DNA of 54,899 nucleotides from Verrucomicrobiota bacterium (GCA_038209745.1 JBBQXJ010000026.1:1-54899); one strand, 5' to 3'; counted from the first letter of the stretch, positions 17,070-26,826 are shown. Numbers and translations are program-made. Notes: generated from the sequence alone by a model not told the origin.

Positions 17070-18419
17070 ATGAACCGCCGACAATTCCTCCAGTCCAGTG
17101 GTGCTCTCCTCGCCTTGTCCGCCCTTCCTGGTTACGCCGCCGATTTCGGCGACGTCAAAAAACGCGTGGGACTGATCGGGACTGGTTGGTATGGGAAGAT
17201 CGATCTCCTGCGGTTGATCCAGGTGGCGCCCGTCGAGGTGGTTGCCTTGTGCGACGTGGATACGCGAATGCTCGGCGAAGCGGCCGACATCGTGGCCTCG
17301 CGGCAGAAGTCCGGCAAGAAACCGCGCACCTACACGGATTACCGGGAGATGCTCAAGGAGAAGGACCTCGATGTCGTGCTCATCGGCACCCCGGACCATT
17401 GGCACGCATTGACCATGATCGCGGCCTGTGAGGCGGGGGCCGATCTCTACTGTCAAAAGCCGATCAGCTTGGACGTCGTCGAGGGGCAGGCGATGTTGGC
17501 CGCGGCCCGGAAACACAAGCGTGTTGTCCAGATCGGAACCCAACGCCGGAGCACGCCGCATCTGATCGAAGCCCGGGACCGGGTGATCAAGGAGGGGCTG
17601 CTGGGCAAGATCGGGCACGTGGAGATATGTTGCTACTACCACATGCGCGCGTCCGGCAATCCGCCGGACACGGCTCCGCCCGCAGAGCTGGACTACGAGA
17701 TGTGGACCGGCCCCGCACCGATGCGCCCCTACTGCAAATGGACCCACCCGCGCGGTTGGCGCGCCTTCACGGAATATGGCAACGGGATCGTCGGAGACAT
17801 GTGCGTGCACATGCTCGACATGGTTCGCTGGATGATGGATCTGGGCTGGCCGACCCGCGTCGATTCCTTGGGCGGCATCTACGTGGACAAGGCGAGCAAG
17901 GCCAATATCTCCGACACCCAGACCGCGACATTCTCCTTTCCGGAGCTGGACGTGGTCTGGACCCATCGTTCCTGGGGAGACGCGCCCGATCCGAAGTATC
18001 CGTGGGCGGCCATCTTCTACGGAGAGAAGGGAACGCTCAAAGCCGGAGTCAACGGCTACGACTTCTACCCGTTGGGCAAGAGCGAATCCACGCTGAAAGG
18101 CGAGCCGCTCTTCGAGTATGACAAGTTTCCCGAAGACAAGACCGAGAAGGACCTGGAGCGCCACGTCGCCTCGGCGGTCCGTTGGCACATGAAGGATCTG
18201 TTGGCGAACATCGCCACGCGGGGCAAGCCGGTGGCGGACATCGAGCAGGGCTACATCTCCACGACGTCCTGCATCCTCGCCAACCTCTCGATGAAGCTGG
18301 GCCGGAGCCTGGCCTGGGATGCGGCAAACGGTCGGATCGCGGGCGACGACGAAGCCAACCAGCTTCTTCGCCGGCCGTATCGCGCACCTTGGCAACATCC
18401 CGGAGCCGACCGCGTCTGA
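17070..18419 (+). CDS. Tat-exported Gfo/Idh/MocA oxidoreductase
   Basis: 'MNRRQFL' Tat signal, 'GLIGTGWYG', 'TPDHWH', 'YCQKP', 'GDMCVHMLD'. Confidence 0.93.
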   Translation: MNRRQFLQSSGALLALSALPGYAADFGDVKKRVGLIGTGWYGKIDLLRLIQVAPVEVVALCDVDTRMLGEAADIVASRQKSGKKPRTYTDYREMLKEKDLDVVLIGTPDHWHALTMIAACEAGADLYCQKPISLDVVEGQAMLAAARKHKRVVQIGTQRRSTPHLIEARDRVIKEGLLGKIGHVEICCYYHMRASGNPPDTAPPAELDYEMWTGPAPMRPYCKWTHPRGWRAFTEYGNGIVGDMCVHMLDMVRWMMDLGWPTRVDSLGGIYVDKASKANISDTQTATFSFPELDVVWTHRSWGDAPDPKYPWAAIFYGEKGTLKAGVNGYDFYPLGKSESTLKGEPLFEYDKFPEDKTEKDLERHVASAVRWHMKDLLANIATRGKPVADIEQGYISTTSCILANLSMKLGRSLAWDAANGRIAGDDEANQLLRRPYRAPWQHPGADRV

Positions 18420-18590
18420 GCTTGCGGGGACAAAAGGGAGGGAGAGTCGAACGAGCCAGGGAGCCTCTTCGGACACGGTTTCACCGGGATGCCGCTTTTC
18501 TTCTCCGCACAGTGGATGGAGGGGGACTCTTGAGCGCAGGCAGAAGTTCAGCGTCCGATGGTCTGAACTATTTGATCGATCCGGCTCCGG

Positions 18591-19169
18591 TCAGGACACG
18601 AGCCAGTCGTTCAAACGGGCCCGAGCCATCAACGTGGCCGGTTCGGCGGTGCCGGGGTCGATCCAGGCCGACCAAAGGTCGCGTGGGAGGACCAGCGGCA
18701 TCCGCGAAGCGAAAGCGGCCACGAGCGAGTCCGGTTCCCGGGTCAGCAAAGCGTAGCGGTGGTCCGCCGCCGAGGAAACATCTTCGGCCCACAGGCCGGC
18801 GATGCCCAGCAGTTCCCCGTCCCCGGGCTTGAACCGATGGAGGGTCTTGCGGCCGTGGTCCGTCTTCACCTCGACCCAGGCCGAGGCGAGGACGATGCAG
18901 CGCCGGGCCAAAAAGGCTGTCTGGAAGTTCGGGTTGTCCGCGACCGTCTCGCTCTTGGCCCCGATCACCGGCTGGGAGTTCCAGGAGTTCCTCCATCCCC
19001 AGCGGAGCACGGCCACCGTGGGACGTCCCCACCAGATGAAGACCGGGCCACGACCCATGGGACGGATCTCACCGGTCTCGATGTGCCCCGTGCTCCGCCC
19101 GCCGCACTCGGGCAAGAGGGGACGACGGTCCAATTCGTAGCGGGGGCCCTGGGGTGCGGGACTCTTCAT
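18591..19169 (-). pseudogene. Degenerate SOS response-associated peptidase (SRAP) homolog
   Basis: 'LRWG', 'GAKSETVADNPNFQTAF..RRCIV', 'GIAGLW', 'SRMPLVL...WID'; lacks the N-terminal MCGR and the His before RMP. Confidence 0.7.
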
Positions 19170-19434
19170 TTTCGAGGTTTCTTCATCTGGCCCACGTCGT
19201 GGTTCGAGCGTGCCCATTGTCCGTTCCGGTTCATCCGACGGGCCGGTACCGGTATCGGGTTGGTGAGGATCGGCAGTTTCTCTCAACTGGCAAGCTGGAA
19301 CGCGCCGGACGGCGAACGGCCCGCGCGTCATGGTCCGTAACTGCCGGCTTCCGGATCTCGGGCCTCGGTCGTAGCCGAGAGCATCCGGTCGCGGCGCAGG
19401 TCGGCGGAGTGCGGATTCTTTTCCGGCCATTGCA

Positions 19435-19632
19435 GCGGGATCCGCGTATGGGCCCGAGCAGCGAGTTTGGGACCCGCAGCAGAATATCCCTCCCGAACGA
19501 CGTGATCGCCTTCCACTCCTCCCCGTCCGGGTAAATCCGCGTGAAGGTCAGGTTGTGGCGCGAGCCGTCCTCCACGGAGTCGGCCCAGAGGCGGCCTTGA
19601 TCAATCCGATCCGCACCTCTTGCGCGGGCCGT
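19435..19632 (-). pseudogene. Frameshifted small hypothetical gene of a mobile-element-associated family
   Basis: Across two frameshifts reads RPAQEVRIGLIKAA/xWADSVEDGSRHNLTFTRIYPDGEEWKAITSFGRDILLRV/KLAARAHTRI. Confidence 0.55.
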
Positions 19633-20018
19633 TCACTTTAGTTTCGTTTTTTGGGGATTGTTCAGTCCTCCTGGAAACCCAATGTGGGTCGGATCGGATG
19701 CAGTGCGAAAGAGGACTTCTGCAGGTTTTCTTTTGAATCCCGAACCGTGCTATGACCGACGCTGGAGGATCGACGATGGAACCCGACCTCACCCTGCGGT
19801 TCCATCCATCGTCGACGAGCCCTTGGGCCGCATTTTGATAATCGTCGCGGCCAAGACCATTCCGCAGCAAGACGGCGGGTTGAGTGTGGTTGTAAATGGC
19901 GGACGAAATCTGGGGCGCGGGTTGGCCGACTTATGTCATGGGCCGCGCTGAACTGGAGAATCCACTGAAACCGGCCCCTTCGATCTGTCCATCCTGTTGC
20001 GGGGCAACGGTAAAAAAG

Positions 20019-20093
20019 TGGAGCCAGTTGTCGGGCTTGAACCGACGACCTGCTCATTACGAATGAGCTGCTCTACCACTGAGCTAAACTGGC
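20019..20093 (-). tRNA. tRNA-Thr(CGT)
   Basis: GCCAGTTTAGCTCAGTGGTAGAGCAGCTCA-TTCGTAA-TGAGCAGGTCGTCGGTTCAAGCCCGACAACTGGCTCCA: cloverleaf, CGT anticodon, encoded CCA. Confidence 0.97.
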
Positions 20094-20180
20094 TTTGCAC
20101 TTTATCGGCCCTCCGAGGCGGACGGCCGACCGAACAAGGTTTGTTTAAGGGAGACCCGGGGTTCAGGCAAGTCGTTTAAG

Positions 20181-20372
20181 CCGGAACGATGCAGGGGGAA
20201 TTGGGGAGCGCGCCCGCCGGGGGGCAGTGGACCACGCCCTCGCGGTCCACTGGAGGCGCAGGAAACGATTCACCGACTGGTGTGTCCGGACGCGTTCGGG
20301 TCCGGCGCGGGGCTCGCCGGACGGCAGTCGGGGCGGCTGCGATTTCCATTCTTTTCCACTGCATCGTTCCGA
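20181..20372. mobile_element. MITE-like element, copy A
   Basis: Terminal inverted repeats CCGGAACGATGCAG...CTGCATCGTTCCG; colinear with 33103-33238. Confidence 0.7.
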
Positions 20373-20828
20373 TTAGGTCGGGCTTTTCGTGGCGTGGCGT
20401 GGATTGGTGACGGGGATGGGATCCGGGCAGGTGGCTGAAGATGGTTCTTGGTGGATGAGGCCGGTTCGGCCATTTTAAAGGTGTTGTCGGTGGTCTCCAT
20501 CGGCAATTCCCACCTAGAAGCCCGCAGCGATTTCCTATCCCTCCCCTGCTGCGGGCTTCCCTTTGCCCACGAGTCCAACCGCGATTCCAAGGTTCGGTAT
20601 TCGACGGTCACCGAAGTTGCACGACTGCGGCCGCTCCAGTGATTCCCTGTTTCAGACAACCGATCCAAATCTCCAGGAAACTCCGGCTCGTTTCACCGGT
20701 CGCCGGTGGCGCTGGCTTCTCGCTCGTCGCGGCGGATCGGGCCGTCGTTCTGAAAACGGTCGGCAAGGCCGGTGACGGCAGGAAGACCGCCGATGCCATT
20801 GCCGCGCGATCCATGACCTCCGGGCGTG

Positions 20829-20852
20829 AAAAAGGCGGCCCGAAGGCCGCCT
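20829..20852 (-). terminator. Rho-independent terminator of the glutaredoxin-like gene
   Basis: Minus strand AGGCGGCC-TTCG-GGCCGCCT-TTTT. Confidence 0.8.
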
Positions 20853-20890
20853 GATGGTTGGAAAAACGAGACCGGGAAAGACCCTGAGAA

Positions 20891-21229
20891 TCAGCGCTTG
20901 AGGCCGATGCTGGCCGTTTCCGGCATTTCGTGCGCGCAGGGTTGGTTGATCGGCGCTTCCGGCGCGATGTCGTTGGGCTGGACCACGCGATTCTGGAGCA
21001 TCCACGACTCGACCTCTTCGCCGCTGATGTCGGGAAGCATGGTGCCGTTGATCTCAACGCAGGGGCTCAGCATCTGGCCGCTCTTTTCGATCATTTCCGC
21101 GCGCTGGGCGGAGTCGTTGATGATGTCGCGGTCTTCGAACGGCAGGTCATATTTCTTCATGACGGCGCGGATTCCCATGCTCCAGCCACACGACGGTTTC
21201 AAATAGGCGATGATCTTCGGTTTGGTCAT
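20891..21229 (-). CDS. Monothiol glutaredoxin-like protein (CGWS)
   Basis: 'YLKPSCGWS', 'FEDRDI...MIEKSGQMLSPCVEING'; 112 aa from ATG 21229. Confidence 0.85.
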   Translation of the reverse strand: MTKPKIIAYLKPSCGWSMGIRAVMKKYDLPFEDRDIINDSAQRAEMIEKSGQMLSPCVEINGTMLPDISGEEVESWMLQNRVVQPNDIAPEAPINQPCAHEMPETASIGLKR

Positions 21230-21426
21230 TGCCGCAAGATGGGATGAAACGGGCGCGCCGTCCAGAGGCGACCGACGCGGAAATCCCGTAGCACGACGCC
21301 CTAGACCCGGACCACCGATCCCGTGCCCCGACAAACCTTCTGATTTGGGCCTTCGATCTCCGGAATTCCCGTAGGAAACCGCTTTCCATCTTGCGGCGCG
21401 GGCGGGTTCCGGGCTGTTTTGCCCCA

Positions 21427-22542
21427 ATGCGAAAACGGGTTCTGATCGTCCCCGACAAGTTCAAGGGCACTTTGACCGCCGCTGCGGCCGCCCTGGCCAT
21501 CAGCCGCGGATGGAAGTCCGTGCGGCCGGACGACGAGCTGACCCTGCTGCCGATGAGCGACGGCGGCGACGGTTTTGGCCCGGTGCTCAGCCGGTTGCTG
21601 AACGGGCGCGAGCGTTGGCTGAAGACCTTCGACGCGGCACGCCAGCCGTGCGAGGCGATGTGGTGGTATGACCCGGAATCCAAGACGGCGATCATCGAGT
21701 CGGCCAAGGTGATCGGCCTCGCGATGTTGCCGCCCGGCAAATACCACCCCTTCGATCTGGACACGTATGGGTTGGGCGCGGTGCTGCGGGCCGCGCAGAA
21801 GTCCGGGGCGACCCGGTGCGTCGTGGGCGTCGGAGGCAGCGCGACGAACGACGGAGGCTTCGGACTGGCGCGGTCGTTGGGCTGGCGTTTTCTGAGCAAG
21901 AACGGCCAGGAGCTCGGCGCCTGGACCAGTTTGGCCAAGGCGACCGGAGTGGAAGCGCCCGCCGGCCGGAAACTCTTTCCGAAACTGGTCGTCGCCACCG
22001 ATGTGACCAATCCGTTGTTGGGCGCGCAGGGTTGTTCCCGCGTCTATGGTCCGCAGAAGGGGCTCCTTCCGGACGACATGGCCGCGGCCGAGGCGTCGTT
22101 GGAAGCGCTGGCCAAGGTGATGAAAGCAGTGGGCCCGGATCTGTCGAAGGAGCCCGGGGCCGGAGCCGCCGGCGGGCTCGGCTACGCGCTCATGGCGTTC
22201 TGTGGAGCGGAGCGCGAGTCCGGCTTCGAGATCTTTTCCAGGCTGGCCAAACTCTCGGGCCTGATCAGGGACTCGGATCTCGTGCTGACGGGCGAGGGAT
22301 CCATCGACGAGCAGACCGCGATGGGCAAGGGCACGGGCCAGGTGGCCGCCCTCTGCGCGAAGCTGAAGCGGCCGTGTATCGGATTGGCCGGCGTGGTGGA
22401 CATTCCCGAAAAGCTGGGCAAGAACGCCCTCTTCACGGCGACGGATTCCTTGGTGCGACTGGTTGCCCCGGAGGAGGCGATGGCGCGCCCCGCGATGCAC
22501 TTGGCGGCGTTGGCGGCGGAACAAGCCCGTGCGGTCGCCTGA
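21427..22542 (+). CDS. Glycerate kinase (GlxK/GarK family)
   Basis: 'PDKFKGTL', 'PMSDGGDG', 'GGSATNDGG', 'GAGAAGGLG', 'TGEGSIDEQTAMGK'. Confidence 0.93.
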   Translation: MRKRVLIVPDKFKGTLTAAAAALAISRGWKSVRPDDELTLLPMSDGGDGFGPVLSRLLNGRERWLKTFDAARQPCEAMWWYDPESKTAIIESAKVIGLAMLPPGKYHPFDLDTYGLGAVLRAAQKSGATRCVVGVGGSATNDGGFGLARSLGWRFLSKNGQELGAWTSLAKATGVEAPAGRKLFPKLVVATDVTNPLLGAQGCSRVYGPQKGLLPDDMAAAEASLEALAKVMKAVGPDLSKEPGAGAAGGLGYALMAFCGAERESGFEIFSRLAKLSGLIRDSDLVLTGEGSIDEQTAMGKGTGQVAALCAKLKRPCIGLAGVVDIPEKLGKNALFTATDSLVRLVAPEEAMARPAMHLAALAAEQARAVA

Positions 22543-22554
22543 CTTGGCCGGGAC

Positions 22555-25458
22555 CTACTTGGTCAGCACGGCATCGACGTTCAGCAGGGCGTTGGCCACG
22601 ACGGTGAGGGCGGCGAATTCCGGTCGGGTGGCGACGTGCCCCGACTTTTCAGCGTCGGCTTGGAACTTCGCCAACGACCGTTCGTAGAGTCCCAACAGGG
22701 GCTTGATCTGTCGGCTGCCCGCGCGACTGCCCGTGGCGAGTTCCCATCCTGCGGCAAGCTGGTCCGCCGGCTTGGTTGAATCGACGACCGCCATGCGGGC
22801 GGCGAGGGCCTGGGCGGCCTCGAAGTAGACCGGGTCGTTCATCGTGACCAGGGCTTGGAGCGGTGTGCTGGTGGGGATGCGGCGGGCGGTGCAGACGTCG
22901 CGGCTGGGAGCATCGAAGGTGACGAAGCTCGGGTAGGCGGCGGTGCGTTTCCAGTAGGTGTAGACGGCCCGGCGATGGCGATCCTCGCCGGCGGAGGTCT
23001 CCCATTTGGCGTTGCTGTAAACGGAACGCCAGATGCCTTCGGGCTGCAGCGGCATGACCGGAGCGCCATACATCTTCGAAGAGAGCAGGCCGGAGATCGC
23101 CAGGGCCTGGTCGCGGACCATTTCGGCGGAGAGCCGGTTGCGCGGACCGCGCGCGAGGAGGCGGTTTCGCGGATCGCGGTCGGCCAGTTCGGGTCGCATG
23201 GCGGCGTCCTGACGGTAGGTGCCGGAGAGGACGAGTTCCCGCAGCAGCTTCTTCCGGCTCCAGCCGAGGTCGTTCTGGAAACGGAGGGCCAGGTAGTCGA
23301 GCAGCTCGGGATGGGACGGCATGGTGCCGGAGCTGCCGAAGTCCTCCAGCGTCTCCACGATCCCGGTGCCGAAGAGCTCTTCCCATAGCCGGTTCACGGC
23401 CACGCGGGCGGTCAGGGGATTGTCCTTCGAGACGAGCCATTGCGCCATGGTGAGGCGGTTGGTCACTTCGGCTGGCGGCAGCGGGTTGAAGATCTTCGGC
23501 ACGGCGGGGGAAACGACGTCGCCCTTCTGCATCCAGTTGCCCCGGACGAAGACCGCCGTCTCGCGTCGGAGGTTGGCCGGTTGTTCGGACATCACGGGAA
23601 TGTCCACGGCCGGAATCTTCGAGCGGAGGCCGCGGGTCTCGGCGAGCTCCCGGCGGCGCTGGGTGAACGGCGCGGACTCGACCAGGCGCGTCCATTCCTC
23701 GGACCGGGTGACGGAGAAACGGCCTCGGGTCATCACCTGCGGCGTCTGATCGCCGGAGGCCGCGTCGAACGAAAGTGAAAACTGGAGCGAGCCGCCCGTC
23801 GGGATTTCGAGGGGATGCTTCAAGACGAAGACGGCATGGCGGGGCCGGTCGATGCGGGGGAAGGGGCCCCAGCCGCCGCGACCCTTGTCGATGCTTTGCT
23901 CGGGATCCGAGAAGGGCCGGTCGTCGTCGCCGAAGACATGGGCGAATTCTATCTCCGTGCCGGCGGGCAGGAGCTTCGCCTTGAACTGGGTCAGGACGAA
24001 GCCCGTCTCCGGGGTGAGCAGCGCGGCTTCGACATTCTTGGGCAAGGCGTCGATGCGGAGGGCGGTGATCTGCCGCAGGCCGTCGGGCAGGGGAATGGTG
24101 ACGGTCAAGCGGGTGTTGTCGGAGATGGTGCCGGAGGTGAGCAGTTCGGTGACTTTGCCGTCGGGTTTGATTTCCAACGTCGCCTTTCCGGTCGATTCGG
24201 CGGCGGCGGGATGCAGCGGTGCCCAATCGGTCTCCGTCTTGGTCTCGACCTCCGTGACCTGGCTGCGCTCGTCGGCGACGAGGGCGGTGGCGCGGGCGTC
24301 GAGCGCGCGCGCCCGGGCGTTGTCGTCGCGGTTCAGCGGCACGGACAGCAGGGGGGCGTCGCCGGGCTGGTCCCAGTCTCGGGACGTATTGTAGAAAGAG
24401 ACGAAGCGGTAGAAGTCCTCGTGGTCGATCGGGTCGTAGGGATGGGCATGGCACTGGATGCAGCGGAAGGTGACCCCTTGGAAGCTGGTCCAAAGCGTGT
24501 TCACCCGATCCAACACGGCGGCGATGCGGTATTCCTCGTCGTCGGTTCCGCCTTCGGCGTTCGTCGGAGTGAGGCGCTGCATCGTGGTGGCCACTTCGTC
24601 GTCGATGGTGGCGTCGGGCAGGAGATCGCCCGCGATCTGCTTCAAGGCGAACTGGTCGTAGGGCAGGTCGTCGTTGCAGGCGCGGATGAGCCAGTCGCGG
24701 TAGGGCCAGACGTTGCGGCCGGAATCCTTCTCGTATCCCTGGGTCTCCGCATAGCGGGCGAGATCCATCCAGAGGACGGCCCAGCGTTCGCCGAAGGCGG
24801 GAGAAGCCAGCAACCGGTCGACGACGTCTTCGTAGGAGTTCCGCCACCAGCCCTCGGTGAAGGCCGCCGTCTCCTCGCGCGTCGGCGGCAGGCCGGTCAG
24901 GTCGAACGTCGCGCGGCGGAGCCACTGGACGCGGTCCGCGTCTTTCGCGGGTTTCAGCTTCTCCGCGTCGAGCCTGGCCAGAACGAAGCGGTCCAACGGC
25001 TCGCGGCACCAGCCGGGGCGCGACACCTTGGGCAGAGGCTGCGGTTTCGGTGGCACGTAGGCCCAGTGCTCGGTCCACGGCGCGCCTTCTTGGATCCATC
25101 TTCGAAGCCGCTCGATGTCCTCCTTCGGCAGGGCCGGCCCGTGCTTGGGTGGCGGCATCCGGTCTTCTTCGTTCGTGGTGCCGACGCGATAGATGACCTC
25201 CGACTTGTCCGGATGGCCCGGGACGATGGGGATCTCGCCGGATTTGCCGGGCTCCAAGACGCGGTCCCGGACGATGAACGAGATGTCGCCGGCCCGCTTC
25301 ACGCCGCCGTGGCACATCACGCAGTTCTTGTTGAAGAGCGGGCGGATCTCGGCCGCGAAGTCCACGGGCTGCTCCTCCGTGCTGGCAAAGATCGGGAGCG
25401 ACCAAACGCCGAGGAGCACCAGGGTGGAGCGGATCCAAAATGGGCCGATGCGGAACAT
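22555..25458 (-). CDS. Planctomycete cytochrome c / PSD1 (DUF1549 + DUF1553) protein
   Basis: Signal peptide, 'CVMCHG', 'WLRRATFDLTGLPP', 'CIQCHAHPYDP', 'NPLTARVAVNRLW', 'HPELLDYLA'. Confidence 0.93.
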   Translation of the reverse strand: MFRIGPFWIRSTLVLLGVWSLPIFASTEEQPVDFAAEIRPLFNKNCVMCHGGVKRAGDISFIVRDRVLEPGKSGEIPIVPGHPDKSEVIYRVGTTNEEDRMPPPKHGPALPKEDIERLRRWIQEGAPWTEHWAYVPPKPQPLPKVSRPGWCREPLDRFVLARLDAEKLKPAKDADRVQWLRRATFDLTGLPPTREETAAFTEGWWRNSYEDVVDRLLASPAFGERWAVLWMDLARYAETQGYEKDSGRNVWPYRDWLIRACNDDLPYDQFALKQIAGDLLPDATIDDEVATTMQRLTPTNAEGGTDDEEYRIAAVLDRVNTLWTSFQGVTFRCIQCHAHPYDPIDHEDFYRFVSFYNTSRDWDQPGDAPLLSVPLNRDDNARARALDARATALVADERSQVTEVETKTETDWAPLHPAAAESTGKATLEIKPDGKVTELLTSGTISDNTRLTVTIPLPDGLRQITALRIDALPKNVEAALLTPETGFVLTQFKAKLLPAGTEIEFAHVFGDDDRPFSDPEQSIDKGRGGWGPFPRIDRPRHAVFVLKHPLEIPTGGSLQFSLSFDAASGDQTPQVMTRGRFSVTRSEEWTRLVESAPFTQRRRELAETRGLRSKIPAVDIPVMSEQPANLRRETAVFVRGNWMQKGDVVSPAVPKIFNPLPPAEVTNRLTMAQWLVSKDNPLTARVAVNRLWEELFGTGIVETLEDFGSSGTMPSHPELLDYLALRFQNDLGWSRKKLLRELVLSGTYRQDAAMRPELADRDPRNRLLARGPRNRLSAEMVRDQALAISGLLSSKMYGAPVMPLQPEGIWRSVYSNAKWETSAGEDRHRRAVYTYWKRTAAYPSFVTFDAPSRDVCTARRIPTSTPLQALVTMNDPVYFEAAQALAARMAVVDSTKPADQLAAGWELATGSRAGSRQIKPLLGLYERSLAKFQADAEKSGHVATRPEFAALTVVANALLNVDAVLTK

Positions 25459-25600
25459 GGTCGGAACCGTGCCGCAGCGAAGCGCCCATGCCAAGATCCT
25501 ACACGCGAGTCCAGCGGCGGGCGGACGGGCGGGCACTCCTTCACCCGTGATCCCCAGTCCAAGCTCTTCCATCTGGGCAATTGACCGCTGCTGATACTGA

Positions 25601-25649
25601 AAAGCAGAAAGCAGAAAGCAGAAATCAAAAAGCAGAAATCAGAAATGGG
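25601..25649. repeat. Heptamer tandem array (AAAGCAG/AAATCAG) x7
   Basis: Directly visible; same unit type as the (TCTGATT)n insert in uvrA. Confidence 0.85.
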
Positions 25650-25680
25650 AAAGGAGAACACAGGGGAGCAGCGTGCGCCC

Positions 25681-26091
25681 ATGGATTCGACCCACCCTGA
25701 AAGTCAGAAAGCAGAAACGGGAGAGCAGAGCCCATGGGTGCAGCGTTCGCCTGTGGAATTCACCCCTCATCAAGATGGAAGCAAGACCCTGCAACGGAGC
25801 CTTTGGGCCATGGTCGCCCTGCTGGGCGTCATCGCCCTCCAGCTCTTCCTCGCCTCTGGATCCCGTCCGCAGGACCGGTGGGAATACCGGGACCGCACGG
25901 CTGACCTGGTCGATGTGCCATCCACCCTGGCACTCTTCGGCCGATCTGGATGGGAGGTGATTACCGTCTCTGAGCAGACGGGGCTGGCCGGCACCAGCAG
26001 GCGCCTCTGGTTCAAACGCCGAATCCATAGGAGCAACAGTGCCCTCGACCAAGCTACCGGCATCGGCCCGTGGCTTGGATCGTCGCGATAG
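25681..26091 (+). CDS. Membrane-anchored DUF4177-like protein
   Basis: One TM helix, then 'WEYR...LALFGRSGWEVITV...LWFKRR'. Start uncertain (25645 or 25681). Confidence 0.6.
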   Translation: MDSTHPESQKAETGEQSPWVQRSPVEFTPHQDGSKTLQRSLWAMVALLGVIALQLFLASGSRPQDRWEYRDRTADLVDVPSTLALFGRSGWEVITVSEQTGLAGTSRRLWFKRRIHRSNSALDQATGIGPWLGSSR

Positions 26092-26211
26092 CTACCCCCT
26101 CCCCTGTTTCCTTCCGATTAAAAACCCTCTCCAACCAGCCGTGGGGTCGGATGGAGGGGGCGTTGCGCTTGGCGGGGTCGCCGCCGAAGCGGCGACCGTC
26201 TGCTCGATCCC

Positions 26212-26826
26212 CTACGTCGCCATGTGCGAGACCGGATTGCTCCAGCCGCTATAGCCGGTTCTGCCGCCGACCGCGCGGGCCTGCACGGAATAGGTCGATC
26301 CCGGCACCAGGTTCTTGATCACGATGCGTCGCGCCTTGGTGAAGACGCCGGCCATGGTCCAGCCGCCCGTGCCGTTCATCTTCTGCACCTCGTAGGCGCG
26401 GGCGTTCATGATCGGCGTCAGCGCCATCACCAGTTGCGTGCTCTGCTCGTTGTCGATGCGGACCACGCTCGGGGTCGGCAGAGGACTGCGCGCGCGGTTC
26501 GTGCTGGTGGCCTGGAAGCCGGTGGCCAGCAGGACGGAGAGGTCGTTGTTCATCATGCTCTGCACGTAGTAGGCCTCTTTGCGCAGCATGTCCCCCAACG
26601 TCGCGCGCACTATGTTCTTGGCGGCCGTGGTCTGGGGCCCGCCCGTCGCGGCGGCCGTGAGGGCCCGGGCGAAATCCGTCTTCGTCTCCGCCAGATCGGC
26701 CAAGGACACCGGTGGCGTGGGAAAAATCGGGTTGTCGGTGAGACCGGCCAGCACCGCGCCGGCGAAGTCGAGCAGATCCGTGTCGCGAAGTTGGGCGAAC
26801 GCGATGGAGACGTGATAAGTAGGCAT
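26212..26826 (-). CDS. Helical N-domain plus fibronectin type III domain protein, no signal peptide
   Basis: 204 aa; 'LTDNPIFPTPPVSLADL', 'ARAYEVQ...WT...IKNLVPGSTYSVQARAVGG..GYSGWSNP'. Confidence 0.8.
   Translation of the reverse strand: MPTYHVSIAFAQLRDTDLLDFAGAVLAGLTDNPIFPTPPVSLADLAETKTDFARALTAAATGGPQTTAAKNIVRATLGDMLRKEAYYVQSMMNNDLSVLLATGFQATSTNRARSPLPTPSVVRIDNEQSTQLVMALTPIMNARAYEVQKMNGTGGWTMAGVFTKARRIVIKNLVPGSTYSVQARAVGGRTGYSGWSNPVSHMAT

Noticed and set aside
18430..20018. Intact prophage or integrative element
   Set aside because: No complete integrase, structural genes or att duplication; reported only as a remnant.
22649..25489. 946-aa alternative-frame ORF and similar long overlapping or antisense ORFs (e.g. 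8951-10699, 11661-13463, 40456-42438, 52170-54434)
   Set aside because: Arg/Pro/Gly-rich shadows of real genes, expected at high GC; no recognisable motifs.
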